From positions 1 to 58,991 of IMG/VR virus record IMGVR_UViG_3300036862_000046: a stretch of DNA of 58,991 nt; one strand, given 5' to 3'. The stretch comes from a virus (Duplodnaviria > Caudoviricetes). How positions within the stretch are numbered: position 1 is the stretch's first letter; every line of letters starts with the position of its first letter. This document shows, piece by piece, positions 43,043 through 52,644 of the stretch. Made by a program: the position numbers and the translations under genes. The notes beneath the pieces are model-generated. The model was not told the DNA's origin and made no database searches. It saw only the letters and a list, made by a program, of their open reading frames with translations.

Positions 43043-44019
43043 TGGCGCAACACAAGCCGGGACACGCGTTCCTCGTCGTGGGAGGCCGCGACCTCAGCTC
43101 CGACACGTTCTCCCTGGAGGAGACGGTCGAGTACGCGCAGACGGACCTGATGGGACTTCACGAGACGTGGGAGGCCCGCGCTCCGGTCGGCGTCGCTAAG
43201 ACCACGCTCGCGGCCGGCGGCGGGTACTACGACTCGGCCACAGACCGGATCGTCGACGCGCTCCAGGAACAGGGTGAGACGCAGCAGCTCGTCAGCTTCG
43301 GGTTCGCGGACGACGTGGTAGGTGCCGGAGTGACGATGCTCGACGGCGCACTCGCGGTGAAGTGGAAGCGGATGGCGTCGCGCGAGGACCTGACCAAGGC
43401 CAACGGCGAGTACGTGGTCTCGGGCACGAACTACCGTGGGCGGATCCTTCACGGGCTAACCGCGGAGACCGCGGCAGGTAACACGGAAGCCACGCCGATC
43501 GACACCTACGCTGACGTCCTGCTCCCGAGCGTTCAGATACTCACGTCCGACGGCGGGTCACCCGTCACCGTGACGACCGCTGTACCGCACGGCCTGATCA
43601 CCGGCGACGTCGTGGTGATCTCCGGTCACGAGGACGGAACTACGCCTCCGACGAGCCCGCTCAACGCGGAGTTCACGGTGACGGTCACCAGTACGACGAC
43701 GTTCACGGTCTCGGTCGTGGCGACGCCCGGCACGGGCGGAGTGCTCAAGAAGGTCACGTCCTCCGGCGCGATCGTGGACATGCACGTCCCGGCCATCTCG
43801 CTCGGCGGCTACACGAACCTCGCCGTGCTCGTCAGGACGAAGGCGACGGGCGGAGCGTACTCGACGGTAGGGACGTTCGCCACGGTGACCACGGTCGGGG
43901 CACAGCGCATCACGATCTCCTCGGCGACGCAGGTCAAGCGATACGTCGCGATCTCCTGGACGCTGACGGGCTCGGGATCGGGTCCCAGCTTCGTGCCCTA
44001 TGTCGCTATCTCCAAGTGA
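43042..44019 (+). CDS. Tail structural protein with FCCH-like beta insertion
   Basis: G.DLS tube-like N-term; VTT..PHGL.TGD.V.ISG. Confidence 0.6.
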   Translation: MAQHKPGHAFLVVGGRDLSSDTFSLEETVEYAQTDLMGLHETWEARAPVGVAKTTLAAGGGYYDSATDRIVDALQEQGETQQLVSFGFADDVVGAGVTMLDGALAVKWKRMASREDLTKANGEYVVSGTNYRGRILHGLTAETAAGNTEATPIDTYADVLLPSVQILTSDGGSPVTVTTAVPHGLITGDVVVISGHEDGTTPPTSPLNAEFTVTVTSTTTFTVSVVATPGTGGVLKKVTSSGAIVDMHVPAISLGGYTNLAVLVRTKATGGAYSTVGTFATVTTVGAQRITISSATQVKRYVAISWTLTGSGSGPSFVPYVAISK

Positions 44020-44194
44020 CCGGACGGAAGCGGCACGTAGTCGTATCCGGGAAGTGGAGCGGTTCGCGTACAGGATCGTGAGTGAGTCCGAGGACAACGC
44101 GACGGAAGCGGCGCGTACGATACTTCGCCTAGCCATCGGGCTCAGGCGCAAACTAGACCAGTGGCAAGACGTCGCCACGCAAGAGGAGAAGTAG

Positions 44195-44623
44195 ATGGCC
44201 AAGAGCAAGCCGAGCGATATCGTCATCGAGTACAGCGACGGGCAGACCACGCCTTCGCTCGTCGACATCACGTCCTTCATCATGACGATCAACGACGTGG
44301 AAGTCGAGACCCTCCAGGAGCAGTCGAACTCGCTCGGCACGAGCTGGGAGGAGCACCTCCCGATCGGCGTCGGCAAGGTCGGCCCGATCGAGCTGGGCGG
44401 GTTCTTCGACGACGTGAACGACGGACCAGACGAGTTGTTCTCGCGTCCCAGCGGACCCGAGGACCCGGACACGGACAGCCGTGAGCTGAAGATCACCTGG
44501 CGCGGGACCAAGACCACGAGCGTTCAGACGTATCTTCAGAGCTACACGCGCAGCGCGGACCGCGCGGGGCTCACAAAGTTTAAGGTGAAGCTCACCCCGA
44601 CGGGCGCCGTTACCGAGGCCTGA
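44195..44623 (+). CDS. Major tail tube protein
   Basis: VDITSFI, LG..WEE...G, L.G.FDD, LTPTGAVTEA; SD GAGGAG. Confidence 0.7.
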   Translation: MAKSKPSDIVIEYSDGQTTPSLVDITSFIMTINDVEVETLQEQSNSLGTSWEEHLPIGVGKVGPIELGGFFDDVNDGPDELFSRPSGPEDPDTDSRELKITWRGTKTTSVQTYLQSYTRSADRAGLTKFKVKLTPTGAVTEA

Positions 44624-45111
44624 TGATCTACGCGCTCGTGCATCCGGATACGCTTGAGATACGCTACGTCGGAAAAACCGGCGTGGGTGTTTCCGAGCGT
44701 TTTCGGGAGCACCGTAAGAACGCTCGTCGGGGAGCGCAGAATCCTGTCTACCGTTGGTGGCGTAAGTGTGAGTCGGAGCCGGTTGCGATTAGCTTGGGCG
44801 CCGGTGATTCGGTGGAAGAGATTCAATGGATAGCAGATCTCCGCCAACAGGGAGCGCGTCTTCTTAACTGTACGGACGGCGGCGACGGCTGTAGGGTCAC
44901 TCCCGAAACAAAAGCAAAACAAAGTGACTCAGCTCGTACATCCTGGAAGGTCGTTAGGGCGAACAAACGACACGGCACGAAACACTCCCCTGAAGCGCGT
45001 TTGAAAATGTCAATCGCGACAAAGGGCAAGCCGCGGAGCATCGGGGCGTGTCTGTACTCCGGAGCATCGCGCAAAGACATCAGAAAAAATGCGCGTCGCG
45101 CGTGCCAGTAA
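44623..45111 (+). CDS. GIY-YIG-type homing endonuclease
   Basis: IYAL..P..IRYVGKT, E..WI, LLNCTDGGDG, HSPEAR.KMS. Confidence 0.8.
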   Translation: MIYALVHPDTLEIRYVGKTGVGVSERFREHRKNARRGAQNPVYRWWRKCESEPVAISLGAGDSVEEIQWIADLRQQGARLLNCTDGGDGCRVTPETKAKQSDSARTSWKVVRANKRHGTKHSPEARLKMSIATKGKPRSIGACLYSGASRKDIRKNARRACQ

Positions 45112-45209
45112 ATTCTGGGCATCTAGAGGACCGAACAAACGGATTAGTTAACTCGCGGCGGGCGCCTCGCGCTCTGCGCCTTCGCGCCGCCGCCTAGTGG
45201 GAGAAACGA

Positions 45210-45602
45210 ATGAGTATCTTCGCGTCGGAAGTTCGACAGGACGTCGTCATCGACGACATCACGGTCACGATTCGTCAGCTCGCGGGCAAGAGCCTGCGCA
45301 AGGCGTCTGAGGCCAAGCAGATCGCGCTCGGTGCCACGGTCCGGAGCTTCGGCCCGGACCTGATGGCCTCGATCCGGGAGAAGCAGGCGGACCAGAGTCC
45401 CGAGGCCAAGGCCGAGGCGCGGTACGCCGGGTACGACTACGAAGTCGTCCTGACAGCCGGCATCGTGCGGTGGAATGACCCGCGCCCGCTCATCGAGGGT
45501 ATCGCGGACCTTCCGCAGCGTCACGAGGAGACCCTGTTCAAGGCGATCCTCGACCTCTCCCTGCCCGCGATCGACGCGCAGGACGTCGAAAAAAACGCCT
45601 AA
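45210..45602 (+). CDS. Tail assembly chaperone (G-like)
   Basis: Before tape measure; ends at slippery A AAA AAC. Confidence 0.75.
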   Translation: MSIFASEVRQDVVIDDITVTIRQLAGKSLRKASEAKQIALGATVRSFGPDLMASIREKQADQSPEAKAEARYAGYDYEVVLTAGIVRWNDPRPLIEGIADLPQRHEETLFKAILDLSLPAIDAQDVEKNA

Positions 45603-45931
45603 GGGCGCTCCATCAACTTCTCGATGATGAGGTGCCCGATGACTACGACGTGTACAGGCTCTGGGCGATCACGGTCGCCGCGGAGCACTGGCACGTCCTG
45701 CCTTCCGTCGCAGCCAGGGATCTCGACGACGACCCGCAGCAACTTGCCCTGGTCTGCCGGACGCTGAGTATATACGCGCAAGCTAAGGCCGCGTTCGACA
45801 CCGCGACGGACGACTCGCAGTTGGAGGCGTGGAAGTCCTCGGAGCTGATGACTCAGGTCCAGGCTAACGCGTTCGCGTTCCACAAGGAACGCACGGCACG
45901 ACGGAAGAAGGAGAGGGCGACGCGTGGCTGA
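45590..45931 (+). CDS. Tail assembly chaperone, -1 frameshift extension (GT-like)
   Basis: A AAA AAC at 45590-45596; -1 frame open into ORF 45632..45931. Confidence 0.7.
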   Translation, partial: KKRLRALHQLLDDEVPDDYDVYRLWAITVAAEHWHVLPSVAARDLDDDPQQLALVCRTLSIYAQAKAAFDTATDDSQLEAWKSSELMTQVQANAFAFHKERTARRKKERATRG

Positions 45932-48863
45932 TGTGAACGTCGGGACCATCGAGGCGGTCATCAAGCTTCGAGACGACATGTCTATCGCCCTGGTGGAGGT
46001 GACTAAGGCTCTCGGCGCGGTCACGGCTGCGCTGAAGCAGGCGCAGGACGCTACCGAGAAGCACTCGAACGCGAACGCGAAGGGCGCTAAAGAGAGTGAG
46101 GGAACTATCGGTTCCCTGGTCAAGATGGCTGCCGCGTACATCACGGTCCGCGGCGCTATCGACTTCGTGACGTCCTCTCTCCGCGCTCAGGGAGAATCCG
46201 AAGCCGCGGTCAACAAGCTCAACCTCGCCCTGGCTAATCAGGGCACCTTCACCGCGGCCACGAGCAAGAGCCTCATCGACTACTCCGCCGCGATGCAGGA
46301 CGTCTCGACTCAGAACGACGAGGCGATTCTCGGGTCTGAGGCGATGTTCACGCAGTTCGGTCTCGGAGAGGCCGCGACGAAGCGATCGACTCAGGCGGCC
46401 CTAGACCTCGCGGCCGGTCTCGGTGTCTCCTTGGAGCAGGCAACCCGAACTATCACGATGGCCCATGGCGGCCATACTGGCGCGCTGTCCAAGCTCGGGT
46501 TCTCGTTCGAAGAGGGGATGACCAAGGGTCAGAAGTTCGAGGCCGCGCTCGCGCAGATCGAGCAGAGGATGGGCGGCCAGGCGCTCGCCGCGACGAAGAC
46601 GTATCAGGGCGGCGTGGCTCAGCTCGGGAACGCGTGGGACGACGCCAAGGAGCAGTTCGGCAAGTTCCTTGGCGCTTTGTCCGGCGGACAGAAGCCCTTC
46701 GAGGATCTGATCGGCTGGGCGAAGGCCGCGGGAGACTTCTTCGGGAAGACTCTTCCCATAGTGTGGTCGGAGGCTAAGGCTCAGTACTTGGAGTTCATCG
46801 CGGCGATCGCTGAAGGAAACGCCAAGATCACCGGCGCCTTCGCGTCCATGTTCGAGACGATGGGCAAGGCGCTGTCGCACATCCCGTTGATGTCCGAGGA
46901 GTCCAAGGTCTTCTTGGACATAGGCAAGTCAATTCGAGGCGCGGCCGATCAAGAGGAGCAATTCGCGGTCCAGATGCGAAGCGGTGCCGCCGCCGCGAGG
47001 AAGTGGGGCGAGGAAGTCGCCGCGTCGTCCGGACATATTCAAGACGTCCGCAAGGGCCTGCACGGCGCTGGACCGGAACTCGACGAGATGTCGGAGGCCG
47101 CGAAGAAGGCCGCCGAGTCCCAGAAGAAGCTCGCCGAAGCTATCGCGGAGGTGGTTCAGAAGAACCGGGACCGCATGCAGCTCGAAGGGATCAAGCGTAA
47201 CGAGGACACGGATAAGGGTATGGCCGAGACTTTCAAGAACAACACGAAGATGCTCGTCGACGGACTGGAGGAAGAGGGCCGACTCTGGGAGGAGAACCAG
47301 AAGAAGATCAAGGCGATGTGGGAAGAGACGGACCGAGCGGCGGAAGCAGCCGCGCGGCTAGAACGCGCATACGCGCAGTCCGGACGTCAAGTCCAAGGGA
47401 TCTTCGCGGGACTCGGGCAGTCTATTGGCGGGTCGTTCGGCTCCGCGGTGAGCGTCGCGGGCTCTGCCCTTGGCGGGATGATCACGAAGAATACGGCAGG
47501 ACTCGGGAAGTTTGCGGAGGATCACAAGAAAGCTTTCCAAGGCGTCGGAGCGGCTATCAATGGCGCCTCCGCCGCGTGGGCCGCGGGCAGTCAGGCCGCG
47601 TCGAAGGGCGCGGGAGCTATGGCCGGCGCCGCCGCGGGCGCGAAGGCCGGCATGGCACTCGGGCCGTGGGGTGCCGCGATCGGCGCCGTCGTCGGCGGGG
47701 TCATCGGTTTCCTCGGCGCCGCTGCGCGCCTCCGTCGCGAACTCCAGGCCGCGAAGGACGACATCACGATGAACGCCGTCGGGATGGACAAGCTCCGCGA
47801 GGCCGCGGTGAAGGCCGGCGTCTCCCTGGAAGAGTTCATGAAGTCCGGCAAGGGCTTCGAGATGCTCAAGGTCAAGGCCACGGAGTTCGGCATCTCCCTC
47901 GACAAGCTCAACAACGCGAAGAACCTCAAGGACATCAAGGCGGCGCAGGACGAGATCAACCGCAGCTTCGCGATGTGGAAGACGCTCACGGACGCCAACG
48001 GCGGGTCGCTGGAGACCCTGAAGAAGAAGGCCGCGGAAGCGGGCATCAGCCTCCAGGCGGCTCTCACCGCCAAGGGCGCGGATCAACTCGCCCTGGCGCT
48101 CGACGTCGTGAAGAAGAAGCTCGGTGACTGGGACCAGGCGCACGAGAAGCTGAACGCTGCGGTGGAAAAGTACAAGTTCACCATCGAGGAACTCGGGCCG
48201 AAGTTCGCGCAGCAGAAGCTAGACGAGCAGTTCGGCACGCTCTTCGAAGACTACCAGCTCCTCTCCGCAGCCGGCGTGAGTCACGTCGCGATCATCGAGC
48301 GGATGGGGCCGGTGCTGAACGAGTACGTCAACAACGCCGTCGCCGCCGGCGGCACGATACCCGAAGCGATGCGTCCAGTTCTCGAGGAGATGATCAAGAA
48401 CGGACAGCTGCTCGACGCGAACGGCCACGCCTACCGCTCCGTCGAGGAAGCCGGCATCCAGTACGCGATGACGACGTCTGAGGCGATGGCGCTCCTCATC
48501 GACAAGATCACGACCCTGGTCAATGCGCTCCTCGGTATCCCGACCGACGTCAACACGAACGTCAACACGAACTACACGTCTTCCGGCGAGACCAACCCGG
48601 GCAGCGCGAGCGGCGGCGGGTTCCGCGGCGGAGACGAGCCCGGGTTCGCGTCCGGCTCCGCGGGGTTCCGTGACTTCGGCGCCGGCACCAGGGTCATGCT
48701 CCACGGCCGGGAGGCTGTCGTCCGCCAGGGGGACTCGATGCCGGGTGGCGGAGGTAACTCCGGGAACCTCGGCGCCGAACTCCGGGGCCTACGCGCCGAG
48801 CTGAAGAACCTCTCCCGTACGCTCCCGCGCGCGGTACGGGACGGCGTTCTCCTGGCCGGGTAA
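45924..48863 (+). CDS. Tape measure protein
   Basis: 979 aa Ala/Gly-rich helical; GPWGAAIGAVVGG; FASG..DFG.GT.VMLHG.EAV. Confidence 0.9.
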   Translation: MADVNVGTIEAVIKLRDDMSIALVEVTKALGAVTAALKQAQDATEKHSNANAKGAKESEGTIGSLVKMAAAYITVRGAIDFVTSSLRAQGESEAAVNKLNLALANQGTFTAATSKSLIDYSAAMQDVSTQNDEAILGSEAMFTQFGLGEAATKRSTQAALDLAAGLGVSLEQATRTITMAHGGHTGALSKLGFSFEEGMTKGQKFEAALAQIEQRMGGQALAATKTYQGGVAQLGNAWDDAKEQFGKFLGALSGGQKPFEDLIGWAKAAGDFFGKTLPIVWSEAKAQYLEFIAAIAEGNAKITGAFASMFETMGKALSHIPLMSEESKVFLDIGKSIRGAADQEEQFAVQMRSGAAAARKWGEEVAASSGHIQDVRKGLHGAGPELDEMSEAAKKAAESQKKLAEAIAEVVQKNRDRMQLEGIKRNEDTDKGMAETFKNNTKMLVDGLEEEGRLWEENQKKIKAMWEETDRAAEAAARLERAYAQSGRQVQGIFAGLGQSIGGSFGSAVSVAGSALGGMITKNTAGLGKFAEDHKKAFQGVGAAINGASAAWAAGSQAASKGAGAMAGAAAGAKAGMALGPWGAAIGAVVGGVIGFLGAAARLRRELQAAKDDITMNAVGMDKLREAAVKAGVSLEEFMKSGKGFEMLKVKATEFGISLDKLNNAKNLKDIKAAQDEINRSFAMWKTLTDANGGSLETLKKKAAEAGISLQAALTAKGADQLALALDVVKKKLGDWDQAHEKLNAAVEKYKFTIEELGPKFAQQKLDEQFGTLFEDYQLLSAAGVSHVAIIERMGPVLNEYVNNAVAAGGTIPEAMRPVLEEMIKNGQLLDANGHAYRSVEEAGIQYAMTTSEAMALLIDKITTLVNALLGIPTDVNTNVNTNYTSSGETNPGSASGGGFRGGDEPGFASGSAGFRDFGAGTRVMLHGREAVVRQGDSMPGGGGNSGNLGAELRGLRAELKNLSRTLPRAVRDGVLLAG

Positions 48864-51166
48864 TGGCAGTCACGCCCTTCCAGCCGATCGTCGAGGCGCT
48901 CCTCCCGATCGATCCCTCGACTCTGAGTCCCACGGCGTGGTACCGCTCCGACTCCCTGGAGGCGCTAGCGGACGGCGCGCTACTCGCTCAGTGGGACGAC
49001 GAGTCGGGTAACGGCCGACATCTCACGGCGCCTTCCGCCGGCGTCAAGCCGTCCGTCGCCAAGGGCATCCTCGGCAAGCGGTCCGCGGTCCGCTTCGACG
49101 GCGCGGCCAACCCGATGTACTTCACGACGGTCGGACCGCCCGCGTTCACGCTCGGGGACCTGATCACGGCCTCCGCCGGGACGGTCATCGCGGTGACGCG
49201 AGGCGATTCGGACGCCGTGGCCGGGAGCAGGATCTTCCACGCCGGCACCCTAGCGGACCTGGCCAACGGGCAGTCCGTCCGCCTGGTCTACACCGGCGTT
49301 ACGAACCTCCGCGCGGCGAACCGCAGCGGCTCGGCGCAGCAGATCATCGGGACACTGACTCCCGTCTCCGTGGACAACTGGTTCATCACGCAGTGGCGCC
49401 ACGGGAGCAGCCTCCAGTACATGGCGGCCGACGACCTCGACGACGACGGGATGAACTCCATCTCCAGCGGCGACACGGACTCCGCGGTCCTCGGATGGAG
49501 AGTGGGGGTCGGCGCCGTCGCGGACGGGACGTCGCTCCTCAAGGGCCACATCGCCGAGCTGATCTTCTTCGCCACGGACCTGACCCAGGCGCAGCGCCGA
49601 GGGGTCGCGCTCTACCTCGCTCGGAAGTACTCCCTGGTGTACGCGTCCACTATGCCGACGGACTGGACGACGCTGTCCGTCCTCGCGGATCCGGGCGTCA
49701 CCGCGGAGCGCGGGATACACGGCACGTCCTTCACGGACCGCGTCGCGTCGACGGGCACCATGTCCTTCGACCTGGACAACTCCTCGCGTCAGTACTCGCC
49801 CGACTCTCTCGCCGACTGGCTCGTAGGGTTCGACGTGGGGCTCGACGTCCGGCTCCGCGTCGTCTTCGACAACCTGAACCAGGTCATCTGGCGCGGACGC
49901 ATCGACGAGGTGACCCCGACCACGGGCAAGATCGGCCGGCGCGTCACGGTCCACGCCGTGGACTGGATGGACGAGGCCGCGAAGGCTAAGCTCTCCGTCC
50001 AGGCGGTCGTGACGGACAAGCGCTCGGACGAGATCTTCGTGATCCTCGCCGCGGCGGTGAACACCCAGCCTACCGCGACGACCTACACCCAGGGCGCGGA
50101 CACGTATCCCTACGCCTTCGACTCCGCGCGCGACGAAGACATTTCGGTGATGTCCGAGTTCCAGCGCGTGTGTATGTCCGAGATCGGGTTCGTGTACCTG
50201 AAGGGCGACGGCACCCTGGTATTCGAGGGCCGGAGGAAACGCGGTACCAGGAGCGTCGCCATCGCGACCCTCGCGGACGACAGGTCCACGGGCCTGGAAC
50301 TCAGCCGCGCGCGCTCCGCGATCCTGAATAACATCAAGGTGGAGTCCCACCCTCGCCGCAAGGACACGTCGAACCAGGTGCTCTTCACCCTGGAGCAGGC
50401 GCCCGCCATCCCGCGTATGACGTCCGCGACGTTCGTTTGTACGTACCGCGACCCGTCCCAGAAGTCTACCAGGGTGGGCGGGGTGTCAATGGTAGCGCCG
50501 GTCGTCACCACGGACTACCTCTTCAACGAGCTAGCGGACGGGACGGGAGTCGTGAGGACGACGCAGCTCACCGTCACCGCGACGTTCGGCGGTAACTCCG
50601 CGTCCGTGGTCGTGACGAACAACGGGCCTCAGGACGGCTTCCTGACGCTGCTCCAGCTCCGGGGGCTCGGGCTCTACGACTTCGAGACGGTGCTCTCCAC
50701 GTCCCGGGACACGGCGTCCGTCGCTCGCTACGGTGAGTGGGCGTACTCGGTCAGCATGCCCTACCAGGCAGACGCGGTCGTGGCGGCGGAGGCCGCGGCG
50801 TATATCGCGGCGAACAACAAGGACCCGCAGACCCGGATCTCGTCCGCGGAGATGAAGGCCGTGTCGTCGAGCACCAAGAAGTTCCTCATCAAGCGCGAGA
50901 TCTCGGACCGCATCACCGTCACGGAGACGCAGTCGGGAGTATCCGCAGACTACTTCGTCAACGGTATCTCCTACGAGTTCACGGGACACTCGCTCCCGCG
51001 CGTCACGTACACCCTGGCGCCGGCCGACACGACGGGGTACTGGACGCTCCAGGTCGCGGGGCTGTCGGAATTGGATCGGACGACGCGGCTCGGGTACGGC
51101 ATCTTCGTTGCGAAGTGGGTGCTCGATCTCTCGACGGTAAGCGTCGACACGATCGTGAACGTCTGA
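48863..51166 (+). CDS. Tail tip/baseplate protein with LamG-like domain
   Basis: AWYRSD, QWDD.SGNG.H, G.IAELI..L..YL..KY; RG..G..F.LDN, E.G..Y..GDG.L.F. Confidence 0.75.
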   Translation: MAVTPFQPIVEALLPIDPSTLSPTAWYRSDSLEALADGALLAQWDDESGNGRHLTAPSAGVKPSVAKGILGKRSAVRFDGAANPMYFTTVGPPAFTLGDLITASAGTVIAVTRGDSDAVAGSRIFHAGTLADLANGQSVRLVYTGVTNLRAANRSGSAQQIIGTLTPVSVDNWFITQWRHGSSLQYMAADDLDDDGMNSISSGDTDSAVLGWRVGVGAVADGTSLLKGHIAELIFFATDLTQAQRRGVALYLARKYSLVYASTMPTDWTTLSVLADPGVTAERGIHGTSFTDRVASTGTMSFDLDNSSRQYSPDSLADWLVGFDVGLDVRLRVVFDNLNQVIWRGRIDEVTPTTGKIGRRVTVHAVDWMDEAAKAKLSVQAVVTDKRSDEIFVILAAAVNTQPTATTYTQGADTYPYAFDSARDEDISVMSEFQRVCMSEIGFVYLKGDGTLVFEGRRKRGTRSVAIATLADDRSTGLELSRARSAILNNIKVESHPRRKDTSNQVLFTLEQAPAIPRMTSATFVCTYRDPSQKSTRVGGVSMVAPVVTTDYLFNELADGTGVVRTTQLTVTATFGGNSASVVVTNNGPQDGFLTLLQLRGLGLYDFETVLSTSRDTASVARYGEWAYSVSMPYQADAVVAAEAAAYIAANNKDPQTRISSAEMKAVSSSTKKFLIKREISDRITVTETQSGVSADYFVNGISYEFTGHSLPRVTYTLAPADTTGYWTLQVAGLSELDRTTRLGYGIFVAKWVLDLSTVSVDTIVNV

Positions 51167-51190
51167 TCGCGGTATAATAAGGAGATCTAA

Positions 51191-51478
51191 ATGGCCTGGA
51201 CTACGCCGCGAACCTGGGTGGCCGGAGAACTGGTCACCGAGACGGTGCTCAACACGGACCTGCGCGACAACCTCAACCTTCTCAAGACGTCGATCTCCGA
51301 CGCGGGGAAACTGAACGCGCTTTCTACGACGTACCTCGCTGATCTGAGCGGCGTGAACCTGACAGGCGTCTCTCTCCTCGCCTCGAACAACGTCCACACG
51401 GCTGGTATCAACAACTTCAACGGCGGCGCGGCTACCAGGGTCCTGATCCCGGTGGGTGCCGACCTCTGGGCCGTGTAA
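51191..51478 (+). CDS. Short tail-fibre-family protein
   Basis: MAWTTPRTW..GE.VT...N...RDNL; SD AAGGAG; CGGTATAAT upstream. Confidence 0.7.
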   Translation: MAWTTPRTWVAGELVTETVLNTDLRDNLNLLKTSISDAGKLNALSTTYLADLSGVNLTGVSLLASNNVHTAGINNFNGGAATRVLIPVGADLWAV

Positions 51479-51481
51479 GAG

Positions 51482-51652
51482 ATGCAGAGCTACTCATGCG
51501 ATACTTGTGGCGCTCCCGCGACGCTCGTCGTCGCGGATATGTCCGTAGACGGGTCAGGGTCGTGGGCGGTCTACTCGCCGACAGGTACCGGTCGATCCGG
51601 CTGCGACGAGCACACTGTAGAGAGCATCATCTCTAAGCACGAGCAGCCGTAA
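51482..51652 (+). CDS. Small CxxC...CxxH protein (56 aa)
   Basis: MQSYSCDTCGAPAT...GCDEH; TAATG coupling to next gene. Confidence 0.55.
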   Translation: MQSYSCDTCGAPATLVVADMSVDGSGSWAVYSPTGTGRSGCDEHTVESIISKHEQP

Positions 51653-52644
51653 TGGTGTGGACTTCGCCCCATACGTGGGCTGCTGCGGACCAGCCCACCG
51701 CCGACGCGACCGGAGGCGTGAAGGTTCCGATGAACCTTCACGTCAAGGGCAACATGGATGTTCTCAAGACAAGTATCGACGACGACGGGAAGCTCATCGC
51801 GCTCTCCTCGTCCTACGTCGCTGATCTCTCCGGGGTCAACCTCACCGGCCTCGCGCTGCTCGCCTCGAACGCGACCTACACCGCGGTCAACAACTTCAAC
51901 GGCGGAGGAGCGACGCGAGTGGTCCTGCCCGTCGGCGCCGACAAGTTCGGCGGAGCCGCAGGGAACAAGACGGCGGGGTCGTGGTGGGTGGAACTGACGG
52001 AACTTCATCACGTCTCGTCCGCGCAGGTCGAGTGGTACTACATCGGGACGGTCGTCTCGACCCCCGCCGGCGCTGTCGCGGGATCTGTATGGGTCGACAC
52101 CTCTGACGGTCTCATTCACTACGTCACGTCCGCCGGTGTAGAGCGCGCGGTCGGCGCGGTCATCACGTCGATGCACGCGGACGCGGCGGCGCTACCGGGC
52201 TCGTCTTGGGTAGATACGGACTCGCACCTCCACTGGGTCGCGACGGGCGGACAGGAGGAGGACGGGCATACGGACGTGCCGGCACATAGCGACGTCGCGC
52301 ATGATGACACGCACACGGACTCGCACGATGACGCGCACTCTGACGACCACAGCGACGAGCACTCGGATGGTGCGCATGACGACACGCACGACGACGTCAG
52401 CCATGCGGACTCGCACGCGGACCAGCACTTCGACGTAACGGATGCCGGACATCTGGACTCGCACGGAGACTCGCACAACGATACGGCGCACGACGACGGG
52501 CACGTAGACTCCGCGCATGACGACGCGCACGCGGATGACCACGATGACTCCCACGGGGACTCCGGGTCGACATCACATACTGACACGGCACATACTGACC
52601 ACACGGATACTCACGGAGACCAGCCCACGAGTCTCGGTACATGA
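51652..52644 (+). CDS. Tail-fibre-family protein with C-terminal His-x-Asp array (putative RiPP-like substrate)
   Basis: N-term paralogous to 51191 and 56020; 3x GS.WV repeats; 26 HxD triplets. Confidence 0.8.
   Translation: MVWTSPHTWAAADQPTADATGGVKVPMNLHVKGNMDVLKTSIDDDGKLIALSSSYVADLSGVNLTGLALLASNATYTAVNNFNGGGATRVVLPVGADKFGGAAGNKTAGSWWVELTELHHVSSAQVEWYYIGTVVSTPAGAVAGSVWVDTSDGLIHYVTSAGVERAVGAVITSMHADAAALPGSSWVDTDSHLHWVATGGQEEDGHTDVPAHSDVAHDDTHTDSHDDAHSDDHSDEHSDGAHDDTHDDVSHADSHADQHFDVTDAGHLDSHGDSHNDTAHDDGHVDSAHDDAHADDHDDSHGDSGSTSHTDTAHTDHTDTHGDQPTSLGT
52267..52620 (+). repeat. HxD peptide repeat array (26 units)
   Basis: Every His here is followed by x-Asp; codons diversified. Confidence 0.9.

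Noticed and set aside
6816-50350. Long minus-strand ORFs (e.g. 6816..8111, 10780..12195, 30683..31804, 49250..50350)
   Set aside because: Antisense shadows of GC3-rich + strand genes, with no motifs
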